Virus record (IMG/VR): IMGVR_UViG_3300017971_007886
Coordinates: 28,967 to 92,966 of that record
DNA: 64,000 nucleotides
Direction: 5' to 3' (one strand)
DNA from: a virus
Of the stretch, positions 25,441-34,308 are shown one piece after another; position 1 is the stretch's first letter, and the number at the start of each line of letters is the position of its first letter. The notes beneath the pieces were generated by a model, which saw only the letters and a list, made by a program, of their open reading frames with translations, was not told the DNA's origin and searched no databases. The position numbers and the translations under genes were made by a program.

Positions 25441-26421
25441 ATGCCATCAGTTCTCAACACAGCCGTACAGTCGGGTGCGGGCTTCAATCAGATCGTCCAA
25501 GCGACGCGGGACGTGTTCTCAGCGGAAATCTGGTTCGCAGCTCTCCCCATCCTGAAGTTCGACCAATTCTCCACCAAGAAGACCGAGCTGGGTGTCCAAC
25601 CTGGTCGAGTCATCCAACTGCCCCGCTATGGAAACATCAAGCGTGGTGGTCGGTTGACCGAAGGAAAGCGCCTGGAGACTCGCGGCATGTCCATGAGCCT
25701 TCAGTCGATCTCCGTGGCCGAGGAAGGCAACGCCATCGGTTTCTCGGAGTTCTTGCTCCAGACCTCGTTCTACGATCAGATGAGCGCCGCGTCGCTCCTC
25801 CTAGGTCGTGACATGGCCCTGGTTCTGGACTCCGAGCTTCGTGACACGGTGAAACTCGGTACCAACGTGGTGTACGGTGGTGGGCAGACCGCCCGTGCCA
25901 ACGTCACCTCTGCGGACGTGTTTGACACCCGCGCCATCAAGGATGCAGTCGAGGTACTGGAAACCAACAACGCTCCCAAGTGGGCGGGCGACCACTACAT
26001 CTGCTTCATCCACCCCCATCAGGCCCGTGGTCTGCGTGACGACAATGACTGGATCAACGCCAGTCTGTATGCCGGTGCCACGCAAATCTACACTGGTGAG
26101 ATCGGGCGGTACGAGGACGTTCGTTTCGTCAGCACCACCGTCATGCCGAATGGTGCGAACAGCGCCATCGACCCCGAGACCGGGGACTACGTGGACGTTG
26201 GCTATGACGCCAACCTCGACGGAGCCGGTTCGGGCGGCATCGACATCTACCAAGCCGTGTTCTTCGGTGAGTATGCGTTCGGTCATGCGACCGCGCTGCC
26301 CGTCGAGTTGCGCGACAATGGCGTCGAGGACTACGGACGTGAGCACGGTCTCGCGTGGTACTCCATCTGGGGCCAGTCGGTGCTGGAGAACTCGAACATC
26401 GTGGTGGCCGAGACTGCGTAA
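25441..26421 (+). CDS. major capsid protein (N4-gp56 family)
   Basis: FAALPILKFDQF..KKTELGVQPG, EEGNA, YICFIHPHQ..LRDD, GEIGRYEDVRF, DYGREHGLAWY; AGGAGG RBS. Confidence 0.93.
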   Translation: MPSVLNTAVQSGAGFNQIVQATRDVFSAEIWFAALPILKFDQFSTKKTELGVQPGRVIQLPRYGNIKRGGRLTEGKRLETRGMSMSLQSISVAEEGNAIGFSEFLLQTSFYDQMSAASLLLGRDMALVLDSELRDTVKLGTNVVYGGGQTARANVTSADVFDTRAIKDAVEVLETNNAPKWAGDHYICFIHPHQARGLRDDNDWINASLYAGATQIYTGEIGRYEDVRFVSTTVMPNGANSAIDPETGDYVDVGYDANLDGAGSGGIDIYQAVFFGEYAFGHATALPVELRDNGVEDYGREHGLAWYSIWGQSVLENSNIVVAETA

Positions 26422-26488
26422 GCAGTACGCGGAGACCGAGAAACGTAACCGTTCATTGAGGGCCTAGAGCCCTCGGAGGATTTGAACC

Positions 26489-26842
26489 ATGACAGCAAGT
26501 TTCGTACCCCACGGCTTGAACGAGGAAAACCTCGTTGTCGTCGAGGAAACCATCGCAGGACCGATTGCCGATGCGGCCAACGCGGTCCTCACTCTCCCAG
26601 AAGATCAACTCGGCAAGGGTCTCATCCCTGTCGGTTGGAACGCCGCCGTCGAGAGCGGTGGACCGGCTGCGGTCGGTGCCCGTACCTGGACGTTGTACCC
26701 CAGCGAAGCCGCTGCCGGTACCGGGTTCCAACCGGTGTCGTACAACGAGGCCACTGGTGAGCTGACCCTCGCCAACCAGACAGGCGGCCCGTTGTCCAAC
26801 ATCAAGATCACCGCTTTGTTCGTGCCTGCGGGCGCGATCTAA
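26489..26842 (+). CDS. putative head decoration protein
   Basis: Small beta-rich ORF after MCP, GGAGG RBS. Confidence 0.55.
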   Translation: MTASFVPHGLNEENLVVVEETIAGPIADAANAVLTLPEDQLGKGLIPVGWNAAVESGGPAAVGARTWTLYPSEAAAGTGFQPVSYNEATGELTLANQTGGPLSNIKITALFVPAGAI

Positions 26843-26886
26843 GCCTCAACCCGAGTCTTTGACAGACCCGATGAAAGGAGGCATTG

Positions 26887-27255
26887 ATGCCATCCAACGC
26901 GGATAAGAAGAAGGCAGAGGAAGAGGCCAAGGCCAAAGCGGAGGCAGAAGCGAAGGCCAAGGCAGAAGCGGAGGCGAAAGCCAAAGCGGAAGCCGAAGCG
27001 AAAGCTGCCGAGGAAGCGAAGGCCAAGGCCGATGCCGAAGCCAAGGAGAAGGCCGACGCAGCCAGCGTGGCCGCCGTCAGTGAGGCCCCTGCGGTTCCCA
27101 CGGGCGGCATGGCCAAGATGGTCAAGGTCAGGCCGAACAAAACCATGATGAGCTGTTCCATCGGCGGGAAACGGTACTCGTTCACAGCAGGAAAAGAGGA
27201 CAAGGTACCGGAGAACGTCGCCCAGTTCTTGAAAGAACGGGGCATGTTGGACTAG
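26887..27255 (+). CDS. head-associated protein with (AEAKAK)n repeat
   Basis: EAKAKAEA tandem repeats then small globular domain (YSFTAGKEDKVPENVAQFLKERG). Confidence 0.7.
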   Translation: MPSNADKKKAEEEAKAKAEAEAKAKAEAEAKAKAEAEAKAAEEAKAKADAEAKEKADAASVAAVSEAPAVPTGGMAKMVKVRPNKTMMSCSIGGKRYSFTAGKEDKVPENVAQFLKERGMLD

Positions 27256-27281
27256 CCCTTTGCTTGTGAGGTCGATGAGAG

Positions 27282-28733
27282 ATGAGCCGAACACTTGTTA
27301 GCAAACTGCGAAACCGTATCAAGGATGAGCGGTACAAGATTTCGGCCTTCTCCATCGGCATCACGGACACGGGTGTCTCCAGTGCCATCATCGAGGTCAA
27401 CCGATCTCGCTTCATTCTAACCATCACTGGAGGTACCGCACCGAGTATCGACTTCGATCTCTCGGATGACCGGTACGAAACTGTAGGGCAACTGATCGCG
27501 GCCCTTCAGGCCATCGACGGGTACAACGTCGAGCCCAATGAGGACGCAGAGAACGATCACCTCAGTAGCGACCTCATGCCCATCCCCGCCTACGAGCTTG
27601 TGAACAAAGTGGCGGCGATGTTTCACCGCCTGTTCTCGGACGAGGAGTTGACCTCATTTCTGGCAGAGGCGGCGAAACGTCACAACCCAAACTACGATGT
27701 GCTGAGTGTCCCTCCTGAAGAGGAGATGTTGGTACTCACACTCGCCCAGGCAGCGGTACTTCGCCATCAGGCCATTGACGCTGCCAAAAGGCGTGGACTC
27801 AGTGAGGACGTAGCGACGCTACTCAGTGTTGCCGACTCACTGGAGACTGTCTACGAGAAGGACAGCGCACGCCTCCAACGTGTCATCCCTTCCCCCGTAC
27901 TCTCTGCCGCCCAGCAGAACGTCATTCGGGAAGGTGATCTCGTCATGGGAACGCTGGTCAGGAAGAGCCCGAGGAACGGGTACATGACTCCTATGGCCGC
28001 TTCCCTCCCGCCCGATGCGGCGGTACTTCTCGACCCCGCCCCCGGAGACATCGAGGACATCAATGCTCGAATCCGGTGGATGCGGAATACCGAACACGAC
28101 TTCTACTCGTATGAGCTTTGGAGAGACACTAAGCCCAACGTCGAGCGGTCCCGGCAGTCGGTACTGTTCAATGATAGGAACATCGATCCCTCGGACCTCA
28201 GTACCAGCAAGTACGACAGGCCCACTACCTCCAAGCTCGTCTTTCGATCATTCGGCCCCAACTCCACTCGTGAGAATCGGGCCTTCTCTGCGTTCATCGA
28301 GTCCTTTGGACAGCTCGTCAATGCCGTCATTGACCGAGACTACAAAGACGATTCGGAGAACGTAGGGCTAGAACCTGAGACGGAGTATTTCTACCGTCTC
28401 TATGTCGTCAACGTGAATGGTGATGCTGTTGCCTCCAATGTTCTGAGAATCAAAACCCTGCCCCTACGAGCCCGCTTTGCGGACACCGATCCGATCACTC
28501 CGGTCACTGGACCGGCAGGTACCTCGATCACCATCAATGCAACGAACGTCGTAGCGAACTGCCGCGTCACCATTGGTGGGAAAGCTCTCTTGAACCCAGT
28601 AGTGACTCCTGGCGCTGTCGGTACCATCGTTGGCGACGTTCCCTCGTTCAACACCGTAGGCGCAAAGGATGTGGTCCTTGAATCGCCTACGGGATTATTC
28701 GATCTCAAGATTCAAGGGTTCACGGTCACTTAA
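27282..28733 (+). CDS. putative head-tail adaptor with Fn3 and IPT/TIG domains
   Basis: LRNRIKD...LFSDEEL adaptor pattern; LEPETEYFYRLY (Fn3); ITPVTGPAGTSITI (IPT/TIG). Confidence 0.65.
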   Translation: MSRTLVSKLRNRIKDERYKISAFSIGITDTGVSSAIIEVNRSRFILTITGGTAPSIDFDLSDDRYETVGQLIAALQAIDGYNVEPNEDAENDHLSSDLMPIPAYELVNKVAAMFHRLFSDEELTSFLAEAAKRHNPNYDVLSVPPEEEMLVLTLAQAAVLRHQAIDAAKRRGLSEDVATLLSVADSLETVYEKDSARLQRVIPSPVLSAAQQNVIREGDLVMGTLVRKSPRNGYMTPMAASLPPDAAVLLDPAPGDIEDINARIRWMRNTEHDFYSYELWRDTKPNVERSRQSVLFNDRNIDPSDLSTSKYDRPTTSKLVFRSFGPNSTRENRAFSAFIESFGQLVNAVIDRDYKDDSENVGLEPETEYFYRLYVVNVNGDAVASNVLRIKTLPLRARFADTDPITPVTGPAGTSITINATNVVANCRVTIGGKALLNPVVTPGAVGTIVGDVPSFNTVGAKDVVLESPTGLFDLKIQGFTVT

Positions 28734-29206
28734 TGGGAAGAACACAGCTCAAGAAGAAGGATTGGGACGCGACCGCCCGCAGACTGACTGCGGCGTGTAA
28801 CCGCGCCAAGTCCGTTCCCAAGAAAGTGGTTGTGGAGTTCGCAGAAGAGGTTGCGAAGGAGTGGCAGAAGCGTATCTACGGTCAACAGTTCAGACTGAAG
28901 AAGCTCACACGCGAGTACATGGACTGGAAGATCGCCTTTGGATATGACCGCCGCATCCTCATTCGTACTGGGAAGTATGTCGAGTCAGTCATAGTAAGGA
29001 GGACCAAGACCGGAGCGATGGTGGACCTGGACGCTCGCAAGAGAACGTTCAGTGGCGAGCCCTTGTGGAAACTGGCGCATTGGTTGGAGTACGGTACCAG
29101 TAAGATGGACCCAAGGCCCCACTGGCGGCCCTTGATTCCCTGGGTACGTGTCGAGTGGCCAAGGCACTTCAAGAAAGAGGTGGACAGTCGTGTACGTGGC
29201 ACTTGA
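28733..29206 (+). CDS. neck/tail-completion protein (HK97 gp10 / virion morphogenesis-like)
   Basis: LIRTGKY, LEYGTSKMDPRPHWRP. Confidence 0.8.
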   Translation: MGRTQLKKKDWDATARRLTAACNRAKSVPKKVVVEFAEEVAKEWQKRIYGQQFRLKKLTREYMDWKIAFGYDRRILIRTGKYVESVIVRRTKTGAMVDLDARKRTFSGEPLWKLAHWLEYGTSKMDPRPHWRPLIPWVRVEWPRHFKKEVDSRVRGT

Positions 29207-30017
29207 TAAAGCGATTCGAGATCGTCTCGAAGGGAACCCCCGCGACCGCATGGATAACCCTGTGGACCCGGTTGGCAACCCTGGCCTGCGGTACCCCATC
29301 TACAATCGCCAACAGTCGATCAAGGACAAGCAGTTCAACCCGTTCGGTGTGGTCCCCAACCAGTGGCGGCAGGTTCCCATCTTCAAGCGGTCCTCTTCTG
29401 GCGAAGATTGGGACGGCGTGTTCCCGTGCTGCACGTACAAGATCATCGCGTTCAATCAGAACTCGGAAGTCTGGTTGCCTCCGGTCAGCAAGAACAAGAT
29501 CAAGTGGAACGAGGGTACCCCCATTGAGATCAGAAACGCCCAGGGTGAGGTCATCAAGGTTGGCTATCCGACCAACGTGACACGACCACTGCCCGAGGGC
29601 TTCAATATCTTGGTCCAGATTGAGCTGCGGTCGAAGATCGAGTACGAGGCGATGTCGATGTTGCACAGCCTCTACAATGTCTTCCCGCAACGAGGATATT
29701 TGAAAGTGGCCCAAGCGGACGGCTCCCTCTACACCTGTGACATGGAGATGATGGGAGACACCGAGGCCGCCGTGCCAGAAGTACCCGCTGTGGAAGGTGT
29801 GGCGTCACAGCAAGGAGACTTCCGAGAGCACGTCTACATCACAACGTACTTGGTGGAAGGATACCAGGACACGACATGGGCGTACTTGCAGGACCGGAGC
29901 GGTGTTCCGATCCAACAGGTTGACCTTGAAATGACCTTTCCTGATATGCCTGAAGCTGATAATCTGACCACACTTGAAGGAGTGCTTGAGGTGATCGATC
30001 TCAAGAAACTCATGTAG
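29190..30017 (+). CDS. putative tail terminator
   Basis: Position before sheath; GTG start after GAGGTGG. Confidence 0.55.
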   Translation: MYVALDKAIRDRLEGNPRDRMDNPVDPVGNPGLRYPIYNRQQSIKDKQFNPFGVVPNQWRQVPIFKRSSSGEDWDGVFPCCTYKIIAFNQNSEVWLPPVSKNKIKWNEGTPIEIRNAQGEVIKVGYPTNVTRPLPEGFNILVQIELRSKIEYEAMSMLHSLYNVFPQRGYLKVAQADGSLYTCDMEMMGDTEAAVPEVPAVEGVASQQGDFREHVYITTYLVEGYQDTTWAYLQDRSGVPIQQVDLEMTFPDMPEADNLTTLEGVLEVIDLKKLM

Positions 30018-30028
30018 AGAGGTGAGCA

Positions 30029-30409
30029 ATGACCACTGGAACCATCGTAACAATCGTGAACCAGACCGGACGACCAGCGACCTTCAACCTGGCTCCAGTG
30101 TCAGATCAGTCTGTATCACTTCCGCCTCATGGGCGGATTGGTATTTTAGAAGAAGAGCTGGCGGCCTACGAGGTAGATGGGGCGATCAATTCGACCCCTC
30201 CTCGGCTGGCGGTAATCCGCCCGAAGCCGGTAGCTCAAGAGAGTGTAACCCCTGCCAAGACCATTCCGAAACAAGAGCCCGCATCAGAGACCCAACCAGA
30301 GGAACCAGCTCCCGTCGAGGAGCCTGCGACTGACGAGCCGCAGGAGGATGCCCCTGAGAAGAAGCCGAAGTCGAGATTCAGTCGGAAATCGAAGCGGGCA
30401 AAACGGTAA
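30029..30409 (+). CDS. hypothetical virion protein
   Basis: GAGGTG RBS; precedes sheath. Confidence 0.65.
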   Translation: MTTGTIVTIVNQTGRPATFNLAPVSDQSVSLPPHGRIGILEEELAAYEVDGAINSTPPRLAVIRPKPVAQESVTPAKTIPKQEPASETQPEEPAPVEEPATDEPQEDAPEKKPKSRFSRKSKRAKR

Positions 30410-30436
30410 ACCTAGGTTTCTTTAAGGAGGATTCTC

Positions 30437-32809
30437 ATGCCAGAGTTCCTAAGCCCATCCATTCAGGTCGTCGAAGTACGGCAAGGGGTAACGGACGTTC
30501 AAGGTGTCTCTACGAGCACTGGCGGGTTTGAGGGGAAAGCCGAGAAAGGCCCCATCAACACCGCAACCCTTGTCACTTCAATCACTCAATTCCAAGAGGT
30601 GTTCGGTGGACCCCTCGCGGACTCGTACCTGTTCGAGCAGGTCGATGCGTTCTTCAAGAACGGTGGTTCACGTTGCTGGATCACTCGCGTTGCCCACTAC
30701 ACGGACATCACCAACGTCAGTACCCTCACGGCGGTCGCAGCGTCCAAGACCATCCAGAGTGCTGCCGGTGGAGCCACTGCGGGTGCCCACACGGGTACCG
30801 TCATGGCACCGTTCAACCTGGAACCAGGGGACACCCTGACGGTTGACGTTGACGGAGGTGGGGCGGCGGCTGCCACTTTCGATGCGACTGCGGCTACCAA
30901 GGCCGGTTCGGGCGCGACCTATGCGGCCCTGACTGGCAAGACCCTCGTTGTTCAGATCGATGATGACGGTGACGACCAGACCATCACGTTCACTGGATCA
31001 GCGACCGATGCTGCTACCACTGCCGCCGAGATCAATGACCAACTGCGAAAAGGCAAGGCCGAGGTCAACGGAGGTGAGATCGATCTCGTCTCCGACAAAC
31101 GAGGTACTGGCTCGAAGGTGGACATCAAGAGCGGTACCGGTCTCGTGGAGATCGGACATACCGTGGGTGCCGCTGCTGGTACCGGCGACGTTGCCGACAT
31201 CGACGCAGTGACCCACGCCGAGGCGAAGGCGGTCATCGAGGGAGACATCCCTGGCTTGACCTATACTCCCGCCTCTGGTGCCGGGTACGCTACTCTCACC
31301 TCGGACACCACGGGGGCCAGTTCGTCCATCCAAGTATCTGCCGGGGCAGGACAGACCGCGTTCGGGTTCGATACCAGTCTTCACTCTGGTAGTGATACTG
31401 CATCACCAACGGACACGATCACTGTCACAGCGTCGAGCGAAGGGGCTTGGGGTAACAACGTCAAGTTCACCATCGTTCGAGACGATACCACGGTGACTTC
31501 ATTGGCGACCTCGTTGGCTGCCGGGGCGGCCACGTCATGCCAGGTCAAGTCTGCCAACCAGTTCCGAGTGGGTGACTGGCTACAGATTGCCGATGGTACC
31601 AATGAGATCCGGGTGAAGGTCACGAACATCAATGGCAGTGAAGTTCAGTTCGCGTCCACTACGGTACCTGCGGGAGGTATCTCGGCAGGTACTTCGTATG
31701 TGATCCGTGAGCGGTTCTCGATTGCCGTCATTGAGAATGGCACCATCACCGCCTCGTTCTCGTACTTGGCGATCAGTTCGGATCAGAAGCGGGACTACTT
31801 CGTGTCTCGCATCAACAACACCGAGAACACCCCCATCTTCGTGACGGACCTCGCGGCGGTAGTCCCCGATCCAAGACCGGCAGCCCAGGAGAACACACTG
31901 TTGTCTGGTGGTTCTGAGGGCGATGCCATCGCGGACACCGACTATGTTGGTAGTGGGGCTTCCAAGACGGGCCTCTATGCGTTCGATCCCATCGACGCAG
32001 TGAACCTGGTCTCGATTCCGGGCGTCACCTCGGTCGCAGTTCAGAAGGCGATTCTGGACTACACGACCAACAGGATGGACTGCTTCGGTATCCTCACCCT
32101 GCCAGCCGGTCTGTCTCCCTCTCAGGCCCACACCTACGTCACCTCGACGGCGAACCTTGCTTCGTCGTATGCGGCGGCGTACTACCCGTGGGTCAAGCTG
32201 CTCAGTACCATCACTGGTACCGATGAGCTGACGCCTGTGGACGGGTTCGCCCAAGGTGCCTACGCTCGTACCGACCGAGTTCGGAACGTGGCCAAGGCCC
32301 CTGCGGGTATCGTCGATGGTCGGCTCAACGGTGTCACGGGTGTCGAGCGAGAGGTCGCAGAGGGCGAGTACGACATCCTGTACCCGGCCAACATCAACTG
32401 CGTCCTCAACATCCCTGGCAGTGGTATCTGCCTCTTCGGGTCGCGTACCTTGGAGACGGGCGAGTTCCGTCAAATCCCAGTACGTCGCTTGTTCATGTTC
32501 ATCGAAGAGAGTTTGGCCGAGGCCAGCCGCTTCGTGTTGTTCGAGAACAACGACCCCGAGACTCGCGCAGCGGTTACCCGACTCTACAAAGGGTTCCTTC
32601 GTAACCTCCGGTTGTCGAAGATGCTCTACGGGAAGTCGGATGCCGAGGCGTTCTTTGTCATCTGCGACGAGCGCAACAACACCCAGACCGTCATCAACTC
32701 CGGGTTGATGAAGGCCCGCGTTGGTGTAGCCGTCAAGAAACCGACCGAGTTCTTGCTCATCGAGGTGATGCAGGATACCCGTGCCCTAGACGCTGAGTTG
32801 TCGGCCTAA
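30437..32809 (+). CDS. contractile tail sheath protein
   Basis: MPEFLSP..VVE, AEKGP, FFKNGG.RCWITRV, AAYYPW, YARTD..RNVAKAPAG, GSRTL, VRRL, FENND, KPTEF. Confidence 0.96.
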   Translation: MPEFLSPSIQVVEVRQGVTDVQGVSTSTGGFEGKAEKGPINTATLVTSITQFQEVFGGPLADSYLFEQVDAFFKNGGSRCWITRVAHYTDITNVSTLTAVAASKTIQSAAGGATAGAHTGTVMAPFNLEPGDTLTVDVDGGGAAAATFDATAATKAGSGATYAALTGKTLVVQIDDDGDDQTITFTGSATDAATTAAEINDQLRKGKAEVNGGEIDLVSDKRGTGSKVDIKSGTGLVEIGHTVGAAAGTGDVADIDAVTHAEAKAVIEGDIPGLTYTPASGAGYATLTSDTTGASSSIQVSAGAGQTAFGFDTSLHSGSDTASPTDTITVTASSEGAWGNNVKFTIVRDDTTVTSLATSLAAGAATSCQVKSANQFRVGDWLQIADGTNEIRVKVTNINGSEVQFASTTVPAGGISAGTSYVIRERFSIAVIENGTITASFSYLAISSDQKRDYFVSRINNTENTPIFVTDLAAVVPDPRPAAQENTLLSGGSEGDAIADTDYVGSGASKTGLYAFDPIDAVNLVSIPGVTSVAVQKAILDYTTNRMDCFGILTLPAGLSPSQAHTYVTSTANLASSYAAAYYPWVKLLSTITGTDELTPVDGFAQGAYARTDRVRNVAKAPAGIVDGRLNGVTGVEREVAEGEYDILYPANINCVLNIPGSGICLFGSRTLETGEFRQIPVRRLFMFIEESLAEASRFVLFENNDPETRAAVTRLYKGFLRNLRLSKMLYGKSDAEAFFVICDERNNTQTVINSGLMKARVGVAVKKPTEFLLIEVMQDTRALDAELSA

Positions 32810-32821
32810 AGGAGGAACCCA

Positions 32822-33295
32822 ATGGCAAGAGCGGTAAATGAAGATCCCTTGAAGGTGTACCGATTCGCAGTTGAAGAGTCGGGATTCAAACGCGCCGGGT
32901 TCCAGAAGGTTGCGGGACTCGAAGCTACCACCGAGGTCGCGGAGTACCGCGAAGGCGGTGACAACGAGACGGTGAAGAAGTCGGGAGGTCTCACCTCCTA
33001 TGGCAACATCACCCTGTCCCGTGGTCAGATCATCGGAGGCAGCGAGGGTGGCGATGACGACCTGTACGACTGGATGAAGGACGTGCGGGACGTGACCACC
33101 CGAGGTCAGGCAGCCAACTACCGGCGAGACTTGGACATCGTGCAGTACGACGCCACCTACGAAGAAGTTCGTCGGTGGTCGGTGTACGAGTGCTGGCCTG
33201 TCCGATTCAAGCCGTTCTCAGACCTGGATGCGCAGGCGAATGACAACTCCATCGAGGAGTTGGAACTTGCGCATGAGGGATTTGAGAAGGCATAG
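32822..33295 (+). CDS. tail tube protein (T4 gp19-like)
   Basis: DPLKVYRF, GFQKVAGL, EYREGG, NITLSRG, ECWP, IEELELAHEG. Confidence 0.95.
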   Translation: MARAVNEDPLKVYRFAVEESGFKRAGFQKVAGLEATTEVAEYREGGDNETVKKSGGLTSYGNITLSRGQIIGGSEGGDDDLYDWMKDVRDVTTRGQAANYRRDLDIVQYDATYEEVRRWSVYECWPVRFKPFSDLDAQANDNSIEELELAHEGFEKA

Positions 33296-33303
33296 TGAAC
33301 CCC

Positions 33304-33364
33304 CTCTATCGTTTCGACGGTAGAGTAACCCCCTGGCACTTTCCTTCGTGGTCAGTGCCAGGGG
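33304..33364 (+). terminator. tandem hairpins after tube gene
   Basis: CTCTATCGT-TTCG-ACGGTAGAG and CCCCTGGCACT...AGTGCCAGGGG. Confidence 0.55.
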
Positions 33365-33388
33365 TATTGCCCTAATGGAGACCCAGTT

Positions 33389-34141
33389 ATGCAAGAGACC
33401 CTTCCGTGTGGCTACTTCGATCCCGATGATGGCGTAACCGATGTGATCAAGACCGTTGAGATGGTCGAGATGACAGGGTACGAGGAAGACCTTCTCGGGA
33501 ACAAAAGCAAACAGGCGAGCGGTATGGCTATCAACGAGGTGCTGTCGAGGTGCCTCGTCTCGATTGGTGACATCGCCCCGCCCAAGGCCGGTCGTGGCAA
33601 GTTCTTCATGCCCCACCTGGACAAGATGTTGGTGGCAGACCGTACCTTCCTGATGATTCGTCTTCGCCAGTTGTCTCTTGGCGATATGTTCCACTTCGAG
33701 GCGGTGTGCCCAAACTGCAAGTACCGCCATCGTCGGGCCGGTATCGACCTGTCGGAGCTGGAACGAAAAGAGATGGAGGAGCCTACCAAGAGGGAATGGG
33801 ATGTCGAGCTTCCGTCCAAGAAGATGGCGACGTTCCGAGCCCTCATTGGAAAGGATGAGCGCAAACTCTTGACGATCAAGAAGCAACGTAAGGAGGATCT
33901 GTTCTCCAGTCTTCTCATGCTCCGGTTGACGGAGTTGGACGGTGAGAAAGTAACGAGTATCGCGCAGATCAAAGGTCTGACTACCAAGGATCGGGACTTC
34001 CTGCGGGGGAGGTTCGACGATTCCGAAGGTGGGCTCGACACTCAGATCGAGATGACCTGTGAGGACTGCGGGTACGAGTGGCAGATGGCCCTGCCGATTG
34101 GAGAGTCGTCTTTTTTCTTCCCCTCGGGGATCAACGCCTAG
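33389..34141 (+). CDS. tail assembly chaperone / baseplate hub assembly protein (T4 gp26-like)
   Basis: EMTGYEED, DRTFLMIRLRQLSLG, CPNC and CEDC, ends FFFP; between tube and TMP. Confidence 0.8.
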   Translation: MQETLPCGYFDPDDGVTDVIKTVEMVEMTGYEEDLLGNKSKQASGMAINEVLSRCLVSIGDIAPPKAGRGKFFMPHLDKMLVADRTFLMIRLRQLSLGDMFHFEAVCPNCKYRHRRAGIDLSELERKEMEEPTKREWDVELPSKKMATFRALIGKDERKLLTIKKQRKEDLFSSLLMLRLTELDGEKVTSIAQIKGLTTKDRDFLRGRFDDSEGGLDTQIEMTCEDCGYEWQMALPIGESSFFFPSGINA

Positions 34142-34305
34142 TCGAGAATCACCTGGCCTTCTTTGCGGAGCATTGGGGGTGGACGGTGGACTCGATATTG
34201 GCGTTGCCCGTATCCCGAAGGCAACGTCTCATTGAGGTCAAACAGGAGGCATTGCAGAACGAGAGGGCGGAACTTGAAAGAGCGAAACGTCGCTCTGGGA
34301 GGTAG
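34111..34305 (+). CDS. -1 frameshift extension of tail assembly chaperone
   Basis: Slippery T-TTT-TTC at 34111-34117 in frame; -1 frame encodes HWGWTVDSILALPVSRRQRLI. Confidence 0.75.
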   Translation, partial: FFLPLGDQRLVENHLAFFAEHWGWTVDSILALPVSRRQRLIEVKQEALQNERAELERAKRRSGR

Positions 34306-34308
34306 TAA

